From contig VBJE01000214.1 of NCBI GenBank assembly GCA_005879675.1, positions 1 to 35,933 on the forward strand: DNA of 35,933 nt, in the 5' to 3' direction. Below the pieces are notes generated by a model. It saw nothing but the letters and a program-made list of their open reading frames with translations, was not told where the DNA came from and did not search any database. Shown piece by piece: positions 1-7,784 of this stretch (position 1 is its first letter; each line of letters begins with the position of its first letter). The DNA is from Chloroflexota bacterium. Its GTDB lineage: Bacteria; Chloroflexota; Dormibacteria; Dormibacterales; Dormibacteraceae. The position numbers and the translations under genes are program-made.

Positions 1-1
1 A

Positions 2-607
2 GTCGAGGCCGCACACCTCGGTCGTGAACACCTCGGCGAGGCCTTCGTGGATCACCCACTCGACGAGGTTGAAGCTGGTCTCGATGTTCGGCGTGCGGAG
101 GTTGTGGACGAGCTCGTGCACGCCGCACGCGCCGATGCGGCTGAGGTTGTAGTCGGTCGGCCACGCGACGAGCCAGATCGTGCCCGGGGTGGCGCCCATC
201 CCGTAATAGCCATGAGTCCGCTCGACGAACACAGGATCGTCGGGGTTGCCCAGCGTCAGCCTCACGTCGATCCGGTCAGGGTGGTGGATCCCCGGAAGCA
301 CCGAGCGCTGGTACTCCCAGGCGCGGGCGAGGTCGCGGCGGAGCTGTCCCCAGGCATCCGCGTCGACCAGGCGCTGCAGCGCCGGCGCGTACCGCGGGTC
401 TTCCTCGTGGACTCGAAAGCCGTCGCCATGCTCGTGGACCTCGCGCAGTCGCGTCATCGCGGCCTGGTCGAAGGACGAAGCTCCGTAAATCTCGGCGAGC
501 CCCTCGAGCCGGGCGCCTATGGGCAGGGTGAAGATGCGCGCCAGCGCGGCCGCGTCATCGTGGACGTCAAGCTCTATCTGGTCGTCGGTCGTGATGATCA
601 CAGTCAC
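2..607 (-). CDS. DUF2268-like predicted Zn-dependent protease, N-terminal ~200 aa only (gene runs off the left edge)
   Basis: Not in the ORF track because no stop lies inside the window. Hand translation of the minus strand from GTG at 607 gives VTVIITTDDQIELDV...YYGMGATPGTIWLVAWP...GACGVHELVHNLRTPNIETSFNLVEWVIHEGLAEVFTTEVCGLD. The HExxH followed by EGLAE is the pattern I associate with DUF2268. There is a GTGA start/stop overlap with the upstream MFS gene. The listed 47..652 + ORF is its antisense shadow. Confidence 0.6.
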   Translation of the reverse strand, partial: MTVIITTDDQIELDVHDDAAALARIFTLPIGARLEGLAEIYGASSFDQAAMTRLREVHEHGDGFRVHEEDPRYAPALQRLVDADAWGQLRRDLARAWEYQRSVLPGIHHPDRIDVRLTLGNPDDPVFVERTHGYYGMGATPGTIWLVAWPTDYNLSRIGACGVHELVHNLRTPNIETSFNLVEWVIHEGLAEVFTTEVCGLD

Positions 608-1806
608 GCTTGCTCGGCGCTGGGGCGCATCGGTTCGGGCTGTTCCGCGTAGCGCTCGATCTCAACCTCGCGCGGCAGGAACCACGCGAGACCCACGGTC
701 GCGATGACCAGGATGACGTGGCTGAGCAGGGACTCCTGCAGCCCGATGGCGTCCCCGATGGCGCCGTTGATGGGCACGCCGACCGCTCCGGTCACGAAGC
801 CGAGACCCATGACAAGCCCTGAGGCAAGGCCGGCCCGGGATGCCATCAGCTGCTGCGCCATGAGGAGCATCAGAGGCGCCGTCGACGCGGCCAGGAAGCC
901 GATGAGGATGGCGGTGGCGAAGGCCCACGGCCCGGGATAGAGCGTGTAGAGGAGGATCGCGGGCACCGACAGCAGCAGCGTGACGATGATCACCGTGCGC
1001 CTTCCAAAGCGGTCGGCGAGGGAGCCGCAGCCCACGGTGCCGACGGCGCTGGCGAGCACGAGGGTGGTCGCCAGCGGACCATAGAACTCGGGCCCGTAGC
1101 CAAGCTGCCGGTACCAGGTCGGGGTGAAGGCCTGGAAGACGTTGACCGTCCAGCTGCGCGACATCATCACGCCGATGACAGCCGCGAGGGCGAGCACAGG
1201 CACGGCCCGCGACGTCACGCCTGCCCCGCGCACCGCGGCGCCGGCCGCAGCCACGCGGCCGCGCATGCGCCACAGCAGGTAGCCGCCCGTGGCGAGGCCC
1301 GGCAGGACCAGGAAGCCGGTGCCGTGGATGCCGAAGACGCCGAAGAGGAAGATGCCGATGAGCGGCCCGGCCGCGACGCCGACCGTCCCCGCCGTGACGT
1401 ACACGGACATGCCCAGGCTGCGGCGCCACGCCGGCAGCAGCCCACGCACGTCGAGCGCGCCCAGCGGATGGAACGCTCCGGAGCCGAGGCCGGACGCGAG
1501 CGCCAGCCCGACCAGCAGCGGAAAGCTGTCCACGAAACCGATGACGGCGAAGGTGATCGCCGTCCACGCGAGAGCCAGGCCGGTGAAGCGCGTGCCGAAG
1601 CGGTCGGCGATCAGGCCGAAGATCGGCTGCGAGATGGCCGCCATCCCGCCGTACGCCAGGCTGACCAATCCGACGGTGGCGAGGCTGAGGCTGAACCTCC
1701 CGATGAGCAGCGGATAGAGGATCGGGATCACGCCGACGTAGCTGTCGACGGTGAAGTGGCCGAGCATCAGCGTCAGCAACTTCCCGTTGCGGAGAAAGTC
1801 GCGCAC
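604..1806 (-). CDS. MFS transporter
   Basis: C-terminal 400 aa of ORF 604..2136. The hydrophobic pattern resembles 12 TM segments. MFS motif A occurs twice (GLIADRFGTRF and GSLADRFGRRT). The N-terminal 110 aa of the tracked ORF are low-complexity and overlap the divergent OCD gene, so I start at GTG 1806 (MRDFLRNGKLLTLMLGHF). ATG 1767 is the alternative. Confidence 0.8.
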   Translation of the reverse strand: MRDFLRNGKLLTLMLGHFTVDSYVGVIPILYPLLIGRFSLSLATVGLVSLAYGGMAAISQPIFGLIADRFGTRFTGLALAWTAITFAVIGFVDSFPLLVGLALASGLGSGAFHPLGALDVRGLLPAWRRSLGMSVYVTAGTVGVAAGPLIGIFLFGVFGIHGTGFLVLPGLATGGYLLWRMRGRVAAAGAAVRGAGVTSRAVPVLALAAVIGVMMSRSWTVNVFQAFTPTWYRQLGYGPEFYGPLATTLVLASAVGTVGCGSLADRFGRRTVIIVTLLLSVPAILLYTLYPGPWAFATAILIGFLAASTAPLMLLMAQQLMASRAGLASGLVMGLGFVTGAVGVPINGAIGDAIGLQESLLSHVILVIATVGLAWFLPREVEIERYAEQPEPMRPSAEQA

Positions 1807-1813
1807 CAACTCT

Positions 1814-2773
1814 ATGATCGCGGCGGTGGGCGAGCTCCTGTACCTGAGCCGCGCGGACGTCGAGCAGCTGCTGGACGTCGACGCGATGCTCGACGCGCTC
1901 GGTGACGCGTTGGTCGCGTATTCGTCGGGCGCGGCGTCGGCCCCCCCGCGCAGCGCCGTCCGCGTCGAGCGTGGGCTCCTCGGCGTGATGCCTGGGTACG
2001 TCCCCGGCGCCGCGCTCGAGAGCAAGCTCGTCTCGGTGTTTCCGGGAAACGAGGAGCATGGCCTGCCCTCGCACCAGGGGGTCATCGCGCTGTTCGACGA
2101 GCAGACGGGGACACCGCTAGCGCTGATGGACGGCACCTACATCACCGCGATCCGCACCGGCGGCACAGCCGCGGTGGCGGCGCGAGTCCTCGCTCGCCAA
2201 GACGCCGCCGTGCTCGCGATCCTCGGCGCGGGCGTCCAGGGCTGGTCGCACCTGGAGACGTTTCCCCGCGTCCGCGACTTCAAGGAGATCCGGATCGCGT
2301 CGCGCAACAGCAAGCGGGCCAGCGACCTGGCCGCGCACAACCCCCGCGCGCGCGCCGCCATCTCGTTCGAGGACGCCGTGCGCGGCGCCGACGTTGTCGC
2401 CTGCTGCACCGACGCCCGCGAGCCCATCCTCCTGCGCGAATGGTTGAAGCCGGGCGCTCACGTCAGCGCCGTCGGCGGCACCTTCGGACCAGAGCTGGAC
2501 GCCGAGACCGTGCGCGCCTGCAGCGTCTTCGTGGAGTGGCGCGGCGCCGTGACCAGCCCTCCCCCCGCCGGCGCGCATGAGCTGCAGGGCCTTGACCCGG
2601 CCACGGTGACGGAGGTCGGCGAGGTCATCGCGGGGACAAAGCCTGGCCGCCGCTCGCCGGAGGAGATGACGTTGTACAAGTCGACCGGCATCGCGGTCGA
2701 GGACGCGGCCACCGCGGGGCTCGTCTATGCGCGCGCCGTTCGGGAGGGCGCCGGGACCCGCCTTCCCCTTTAG
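1814..2773 (+). CDS. ornithine cyclodeaminase / mu-crystallin family protein
   Basis: ORF 1751..2773 trimmed to ATG 1814 (MIAAVGELLYLSRADVEQLL). Rossmann-type AILGAGVQG, a TAIRTGG motif and a C-terminal LYKSTGIAVEDAA are typical of the OCD/mu-crystallin family. Confidence 0.85.
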   Translation: MIAAVGELLYLSRADVEQLLDVDAMLDALGDALVAYSSGAASAPPRSAVRVERGLLGVMPGYVPGAALESKLVSVFPGNEEHGLPSHQGVIALFDEQTGTPLALMDGTYITAIRTGGTAAVAARVLARQDAAVLAILGAGVQGWSHLETFPRVRDFKEIRIASRNSKRASDLAAHNPRARAAISFEDAVRGADVVACCTDAREPILLREWLKPGAHVSAVGGTFGPELDAETVRACSVFVEWRGAVTSPPPAGAHELQGLDPATVTEVGEVIAGTKPGRRSPEEMTLYKSTGIAVEDAATAGLVYARAVREGAGTRLPL

Positions 2774-3414
2774 ATATCGATCATCCGCGACGGGACCACG
2801 TTGATGACGCGCGTCGGCCCCACGCGGCGCTCGGGCAGCAGCCGGCCGTAGGGATGGATGTGGCCGTGGACCGCGAGCAGCGGGTGAAAGTTGCGGATCA
2901 GGCGCAGGAAGGCGACGAAGCCGACGTGCGCCGAATCCTCCGCCTCGGCCGCTCCGTACGGCGGAGCGTGTGTCACCAGCGCGTCGAGCTTGCGCCCGTC
3001 GCGGACCCTGCCCAGGCGGATGCGAAGCTCGAGCTTGAGGGCGCGGCGGCCCATCTGCCCTTGCGAGTACTGGTTCGGTCCCGCCTTGTAGCGAAGGCTG
3101 CCGCCGAGGCCCGCGATGCGAAGCCCGCGGACCTCGAGAAGGCGGCCGTCGATGTTCACGCAGCCCTGCGGGCCGGGAGCAGGTCGCTCGAGGTCGATCG
3201 CGCGCAGGGGCGTCCACGTGGTGTCGGGCGGCCGGAGGCTCGGGTCGTGGTTGCCGGGGACGTAGAGGAGCGGGACGTCGAGCCGGCTGACCAGGTATTC
3301 GAGGTAGTCAAACGGAAGGTCGCCGCAGCTGAGCACAATGTCGGGGCGGAGGTTGGGCAGCCGATCGCCGTAGAGCGACTCGTCGACCTCGTCGGCGACC
3401 GCCAGGATGCGCGT
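2770..3414 (-). CDS. metallophosphoesterase family protein (start codon unresolved)
   Basis: C-terminal part of ORF 2770..3882: TRILAVADEVDESLYGD...SCGDLPFDYLEYLV...YVPGNHD...LVTHAPPYG...AVHGHIHPYG (GD / GNHD / GHxH phosphoesterase motifs). No in-frame ATG/GTG/TTG lies between the upstream stop and the conserved RILAVAD. The codon where homologues would have Met reads ACG (3414..3412). ATC 3408 and CTG 3405 are the only nearby alternatives. Confidence 0.7.
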   Translation of the reverse strand, partial: TRILAVADEVDESLYGDRLPNLRPDIVLSCGDLPFDYLEYLVSRLDVPLLYVPGNHDPSLRPPDTTWTPLRAIDLERPAPGPQGCVNIDGRLLEVRGLRIAGLGGSLRYKAGPNQYSQGQMGRRALKLELRIRLGRVRDGRKLDALVTHAPPYGAAEAEDSAHVGFVAFLRLIRNFHPLLAVHGHIHPYGRLLPERRVGPTRVINVVPSRMIDI

Positions 3415-3424
3415 GGCCGGCCCG

Positions 3425-3875
3425 CTAGACCTTCTTGAAGCGGAGCGCCGTCCAGGTTTCGTCGACGGCGACGAAGGCCGCCGGCTTGTAGCCCTTCTCT
3501 CCCGTGATCTCGCCCAGGACGTCCCGCTGGACCCACAACGGGGTGGCGGGCAGGTCGGTGGCGCGGCCGGATCCTCGGATACGCAACCCACAGAAGGCCG
3601 TTGGGCCTGGCCGCGCTGATGGCAGCGGGGCCGCGCTGCCGCAGCTCGTCGACGTCTTTGACGAAGAGCAGGACCGCGTCGTAGACGTGGTCCTGCTGCG
3701 CCTCGGTCGCGATGTCGCTTGGCCCGGGCCGCAGCAACGCGGCATAGCCGGGGGGCGCATTCAGGACGAGGACCCTGTTGCCGGCGACGAGACGAAGCTT
3801 CTTGGCAAGGGGGCTGAACCCGGTCTTGTCCGCCCCGATGGCGGGCAGCGACCTCTGAGAATCGAGATGGCCCAT
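3425..3875 (-). pseudogene. DUF3052-like small protein, disrupted by a frameshift near 3575
   Basis: The N-terminal half is in the frame of ORF 3156..3875 (MGHLDSQRSLPAIGADKTGFSPLAKKLRLVAGNRVLVLNAPPGY...DAVLLFVKDVDELRQ...NGLLWVAYP). The C-terminal half is in the frame of ORF 3425..3760 (GSGRATDLPATPLWVQRDVLGEITGEKGYKPAAFVAVDETWTALRFKKV*). Joined, they read as one contiguous domain. The span is 451 nt, which is 3n+1. Confidence 0.55.
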
Positions 3876-3937
3876 GGCGCACAGATTAATAAGGAATGAG
3901 CGGGGGTTGGCCGTCTCCGGGCATAATCGCCCGCGTC

Positions 3938-4414
3938 ATGCACCCCCGCGACGCGCTGGCGGCCGTCCTGGTCTGCGCCGCGGTCGCATGCAGCTCGCCG
4001 AGCCCCACGTTCTCTCTGGCGGCCGCCTCGGTCGACCCGACCTACTGGTGCCCAGGCGGCGCCAGCGACGCGGCCTACGACCTGCACGCGACGGTGGATG
4101 CGCGCAACGGCACGTCCAAGGAGGTCACGATCCAGTCCGCGACCGCGGTGATGGTGCTGACGTCGGTGAGCGGCGCCTGGCTCGAGAAAATCGGCGCGCG
4201 CTACGACGCGGGCACCGTCAACGTGACTCCGGCGAGCGTCGCCGCCAGCTCGAACGCGAAGCTGGGCGTGACCATTCCCAGCGCATGCACGAGCGCCCGC
4301 TATGGAGCGAGCGCGTCCAGCTCAGGCAGATACACGGTGACGGTGCGGCTCGTCACCTCGGCCGGCACCTTCTCGATCGCCGCCGCCAACCCGCACGAGA
4401 TTCTGGCCGCCTAG
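3938..4414 (+). CDS. putative lipoprotein, function unknown
   Basis: ORF 3896..4414 trimmed to ATG 3938. The N-terminus MHPRDALAAVLVCAAVAC-SSPS looks like a signal peptide with a lipobox-like AVAC. The mature part is Ser/Thr/Ala-rich and beta-rich. Confidence 0.55.
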   Translation: MHPRDALAAVLVCAAVACSSPSPTFSLAAASVDPTYWCPGGASDAAYDLHATVDARNGTSKEVTIQSATAVMVLTSVSGAWLEKIGARYDAGTVNVTPASVAASSNAKLGVTIPSACTSARYGASASSSGRYTVTVRLVTSAGTFSIAAANPHEILAA

Positions 4415-5466
4415 CCAGTCGCCTGGAGGATGTCCAGCGCGCGGGTCCCGGCCGCCATCCAGGCCGGGTCGTTGAGCCAGGTCTCGACTCCCCACATCAG
4501 GACGACCTGGAGCGGCTCCTGCCTGTAGTCGATCGCGCTCTCGACCAGGTCTTCGGGCGCGAAGGTCCCCGACGAGTCCCAGGGCTGTGCCTGCATCTCG
4601 GCGAGCCACACGTCCTTGCCCATCGCGTGCGCCCGGCCGGCCCAGAAGCTCACGGTCTGCTGCTTCCACTTCGACCGCAGGTCGACGCTGGTCAGGTCGC
4701 GCAGCGGGACGCTTGGGCCGTCGACGTAGACGTCGAGGCCGAGCGCGTCGCCGACCTGCAGGGCCGCCTCGGGATGCCCGACCGTTCCCATGTGCGTGAC
4801 GAGCTGGGGCGCCAACAGCTCGAGCATGTCGACCGTCGTGTTCACGCCGTTGTATGTCGTGGTCGCAGCCTTATGCCACGGGTCGAGCCGGTGCACCTCC
4901 GCAATCTCCCACGCGAGCTGCTCGCGGCTGATCTGGTCGTCGCCTGTGAGCTCGTTGCTGACGACGTCGAGAGGTTCGTTTTCGACCTGCCACGCGTAGA
5001 GAAGCGGGGACGAGCGATATCGCTTGATGCTCGTGTCGAAGTACCTGCGGTACGCAAACCGTGACTGAGCGATGCCGATCCACGGCTGGCTCCGCTCACC
5101 TGCCCATGCCGGTTGGTGCAGCTCCGGATAGAGAAAGTTGCGAGCGCCGATGGTGAGCACCACGCGCGTCTGCCGTTCGGCGGTGGCGTTGTGCCTGGCG
5201 ACGACGTCGAGCAGCGAGTCGACGGAGCTGAAGTCGAGCGTGCGTGGCGTCGGCTGCACAAGCTCCCAGTAGACGGGAAGGCGGACGAGGTCGGGACTCG
5301 TGGCGTCGAGGAGCCGCGCCAGGTCCTGGGCCGGGTCGCGATTCGCGTCCCGCGACGTGATCGGGCTGAAGCTGAAGCCGGCCAGCGGAGGCGGAGGCGT
5401 CGATGCGGGCCACGATTCGCTTCCCAGCGCCACCGCGGCAACGATCAGCAGGATGAGCGCCCTCAC
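4411..5466 (-). CDS. secreted glycoside hydrolase, clan GH-A (TIM barrel, GH5/GH42-like)
   Basis: Signal peptide MRALILLIVAAVALG. The WQVENEP motif (acid/base Glu of clan GH-A) is present and the length fits a (beta/alpha)8 fold. Its stop overlaps the convergent lipoprotein stop (CTAG at 4411-4414). Confidence 0.7.
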   Translation of the reverse strand: MRALILLIVAAVALGSESWPASTPPPPLAGFSFSPITSRDANRDPAQDLARLLDATSPDLVRLPVYWELVQPTPRTLDFSSVDSLLDVVARHNATAERQTRVVLTIGARNFLYPELHQPAWAGERSQPWIGIAQSRFAYRRYFDTSIKRYRSSPLLYAWQVENEPLDVVSNELTGDDQISREQLAWEIAEVHRLDPWHKAATTTYNGVNTTVDMLELLAPQLVTHMGTVGHPEAALQVGDALGLDVYVDGPSVPLRDLTSVDLRSKWKQQTVSFWAGRAHAMGKDVWLAEMQAQPWDSSGTFAPEDLVESAIDYRQEPLQVVLMWGVETWLNDPAWMAAGTRALDILQATG

Positions 5467-5549
5467 AGCCAGAGCAACGCGGCGGCGCCTCCAGCCACGG
5501 GTTTTTGGCTCCGGTCAAGCGTTGCTCGACTGGAGGGCCGGACGTCCAC

Positions 5550-6479
5550 ATGCCACGTACCTTGATCGTCGTCCTCGGTTTCCTGCTGTCGGGCCTCGTG
5601 GGGCTCGGCGCTTACTTCCTGCCCCTGTTTCAGACCGCGGCGACCGCGAGCGCGGTGCCCCGTGGGCTGCCGAACCTGAACCCGATTCAGCCTCCGAGCC
5701 AGCCGTTCACGGTCCTCTTGCTCGGCAGCGACGACGATTCGAAGTTCGTCCCCGACCAGCTCAACACGCAATCGATGATCCTGCTCCGGGTCGATCCGGC
5801 GACCAAGCAGGCAACGATGCTTTCGATCCCGCGCGACCTCTGGGTGCAGCTTCCGAACCAGGGCATGGGCAAGATCAGCTGGGCGTATCGGAGCGGTGGC
5901 CCGCAGGGCGCGGTCGACGCCGTCGAGAGCACCTTCAAGGTCCACATCGACGACTACGTATGGATCGGTCTCAACGGGCTGGTGAAGCTGATCGACAGGC
6001 TTGGCGGAGTGAACCTTCAAGTCACCAACCCGGTCATGGACGACTACTACCCCGCGGACCTGAATGCCTCCGAAGATCCATACGGCTACTACCGCGTCGC
6101 TGTGCTTCCGGGTGCGACGCACATGGACGGCGTGCACGCGCTGCAGTACGTCCGCTCGCGCCACGGCGACGTGCGCGGAGACTTCGCGCGATCCGAAAGG
6201 CAACAGCAATTGCTGCTCGCGATCAAAGCCGAGGCTTCGCACCTCAACTTGACGGACCTGCCGGCGCTGGCGAGCGCCTTCAACGGCGAGATCAAGACGA
6301 GCATGGGGCTCGACAGGCTGCGCTCGTTGCTGACGATCGCCAATGAGTTCAATGGTCCCAACGTACATCGCGTGGTCCTCGTGCCGCCTTATACGTCGGA
6401 GGGCTACGCGGGAGACCAGAGCGTGGTCTTCCCCGATTGGAATCGCATCCTGCCTCTCGTCCACCAGTCGTTCCCCTGA
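5550..6479 (+). CDS. LCP (LytR-CpsA-Psr) family protein
   Basis: ORF 5505..6479 trimmed to ATG 5550, which leaves one N-terminal TM (TLIVVLGFLLSGLVGLGAYFL). Family motifs: FTVLLLGSDD, ILLRVDP...LSIPRDLWV, ALQYVRSRHGDVRGDFARSERQQQLL. Confidence 0.8.
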   Translation: MPRTLIVVLGFLLSGLVGLGAYFLPLFQTAATASAVPRGLPNLNPIQPPSQPFTVLLLGSDDDSKFVPDQLNTQSMILLRVDPATKQATMLSIPRDLWVQLPNQGMGKISWAYRSGGPQGAVDAVESTFKVHIDDYVWIGLNGLVKLIDRLGGVNLQVTNPVMDDYYPADLNASEDPYGYYRVAVLPGATHMDGVHALQYVRSRHGDVRGDFARSERQQQLLLAIKAEASHLNLTDLPALASAFNGEIKTSMGLDRLRSLLTIANEFNGPNVHRVVLVPPYTSEGYAGDQSVVFPDWNRILPLVHQSFP

Positions 6480-7486
6480 TGCGCTGGGCGATCGGGGTGG
6501 GTCTCGTGGCCGCGATGCTGGCCTTCGGCGTCGGCGTCTACGAGGCGGCGGGCTTGCTGCGCGCGAACCAGCACACCGTCCACCGGCCGAGCGAGGTTTC
6601 CGCGCCGTCGTTGCCCGGGACGATGTATGTCGTCCAGGCCGGGGCGATCTATCGCTTCCAGCACGGGTCGTTCCAGCAGATCACCTCCGAGAGCGGTTGG
6701 ATGCAGCCGAGCACCGCGCCCGACGGCCAGCTGGTCGCCGTCAGGCGCCAGGGCAACTACTCGGACCTCTACCTCCTCTCCAGCTCCGGCAAGACGACAT
6801 CGCAGCTTTCGCACAACGCATCGACGCGAGCGGTCGAGGACAACCACTGGGCCTTCTATCCGCGCTTCAGCCCTGACGGCCAGTCCTTGTTCTACGACTT
6901 CGACCCCAAGGACGCCTTCAGCAGCTACCGCATCGACCTCGCGATCTTCGTGAGCCCGATGACCCCAGGGTCGCGAGCACAGGAATTCACGAATCCGAAC
7001 GACTACACCGGCGGCGATGTCCAGCCGGTGCCGATGCGCGACGGCAGCCTGATCTACACCAAGTTCTCGATCGACGACTCCTTTCAGGTGCATTCCCAGG
7101 TCTGGATCCAGCGGCGAGCCGGGAGCGAGGGCGCAGCGCTCACGAGCGCGGACGCGGGCTGCGGGCAGCCGGCCGTCTCGCCTGACGAGAAGCTGATCGC
7201 CATGGTGTGCACCAAGGGCTCGAGCCAGTCCGCGGAGCTGGACGTCGCGAGCCTCGACACCTCCAATCTCACCCTGGGCTCGCCCGCGACGCTTGTCAGC
7301 GGGCGCATGGTCGCTTCCCCCTCGTTTTCCCCTGACGGCAAGACCATCGCCTTCCTCGCGCCCGACAGCCCAGGAGGCCATTTCCAGCTGTGGACAGTGG
7401 GCTCGTCCGGCCCGGCGTCGGTCCGCCAGATCACCTCCGACCTGGCCCTCGACTCCAGTTCGGCGCCGGTCTGGATCAACGGATAG
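6479..7486 (+). CDS. TolB-like / PD40 beta-propeller protein, membrane anchored
   Basis: ORF 6437..7486 trimmed to ATG 6479, which overlaps the LCP stop (TGATG). It has an N-terminal TM and repeated PD40-like motifs (TAPDGQLVAV, FSPDGQSLFY, VSPDEKLIAM, FSPDGKTIAF). Confidence 0.7.
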   Translation: MRWAIGVGLVAAMLAFGVGVYEAAGLLRANQHTVHRPSEVSAPSLPGTMYVVQAGAIYRFQHGSFQQITSESGWMQPSTAPDGQLVAVRRQGNYSDLYLLSSSGKTTSQLSHNASTRAVEDNHWAFYPRFSPDGQSLFYDFDPKDAFSSYRIDLAIFVSPMTPGSRAQEFTNPNDYTGGDVQPVPMRDGSLIYTKFSIDDSFQVHSQVWIQRRAGSEGAALTSADAGCGQPAVSPDEKLIAMVCTKGSSQSAELDVASLDTSNLTLGSPATLVSGRMVASPSFSPDGKTIAFLAPDSPGGHFQLWTVGSSGPASVRQITSDLALDSSSAPVWING

Positions 7487-7580
7487 CCAAAGAGGCCATG
7501 CATCGGTGGAATCCAAGAACCGTCCAATAGTGGTAGTAGCCACGTGGCTGGGTGCGCGTTTTCTCGGTAGGAGAAGAGTG

Positions 7581-7760
7581 GTGAGGTTCAGATCCAAGTC
7601 CGACGCGCCCGACATGCACACCCAGCTCGAGTCGATGCTCGACCAGGTGTGGCGGTCGGAGGCCGACTGGCGGTTGTGGGATCGCCTCGATGCCGCGGTG
7701 ACGCTGGAGGCCCAGCGCGAGAAGCGCCTCAAGGACCGCGACATCAAGGAGGCGGCCTGA
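7581..7760 (+). CDS. small hypothetical protein (~59 aa)
   Basis: Tail of ORF 7293..7760. AGGAG at 7569-7573 lies 7 nt before GTG 7581. Third codon positions are strongly G/C. The product is VRFRSKSDAPDMHTQLESMLDQVWRSEADWRLWDRLDAAVTLEAQREKRLKDRDIKEAA, predicted helical. I recognise no family. Confidence 0.4.
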   Translation: MRFRSKSDAPDMHTQLESMLDQVWRSEADWRLWDRLDAAVTLEAQREKRLKDRDIKEAA

Positions 7761-7784
7761 GATGGAGCCCACCCCAAACTCGCG

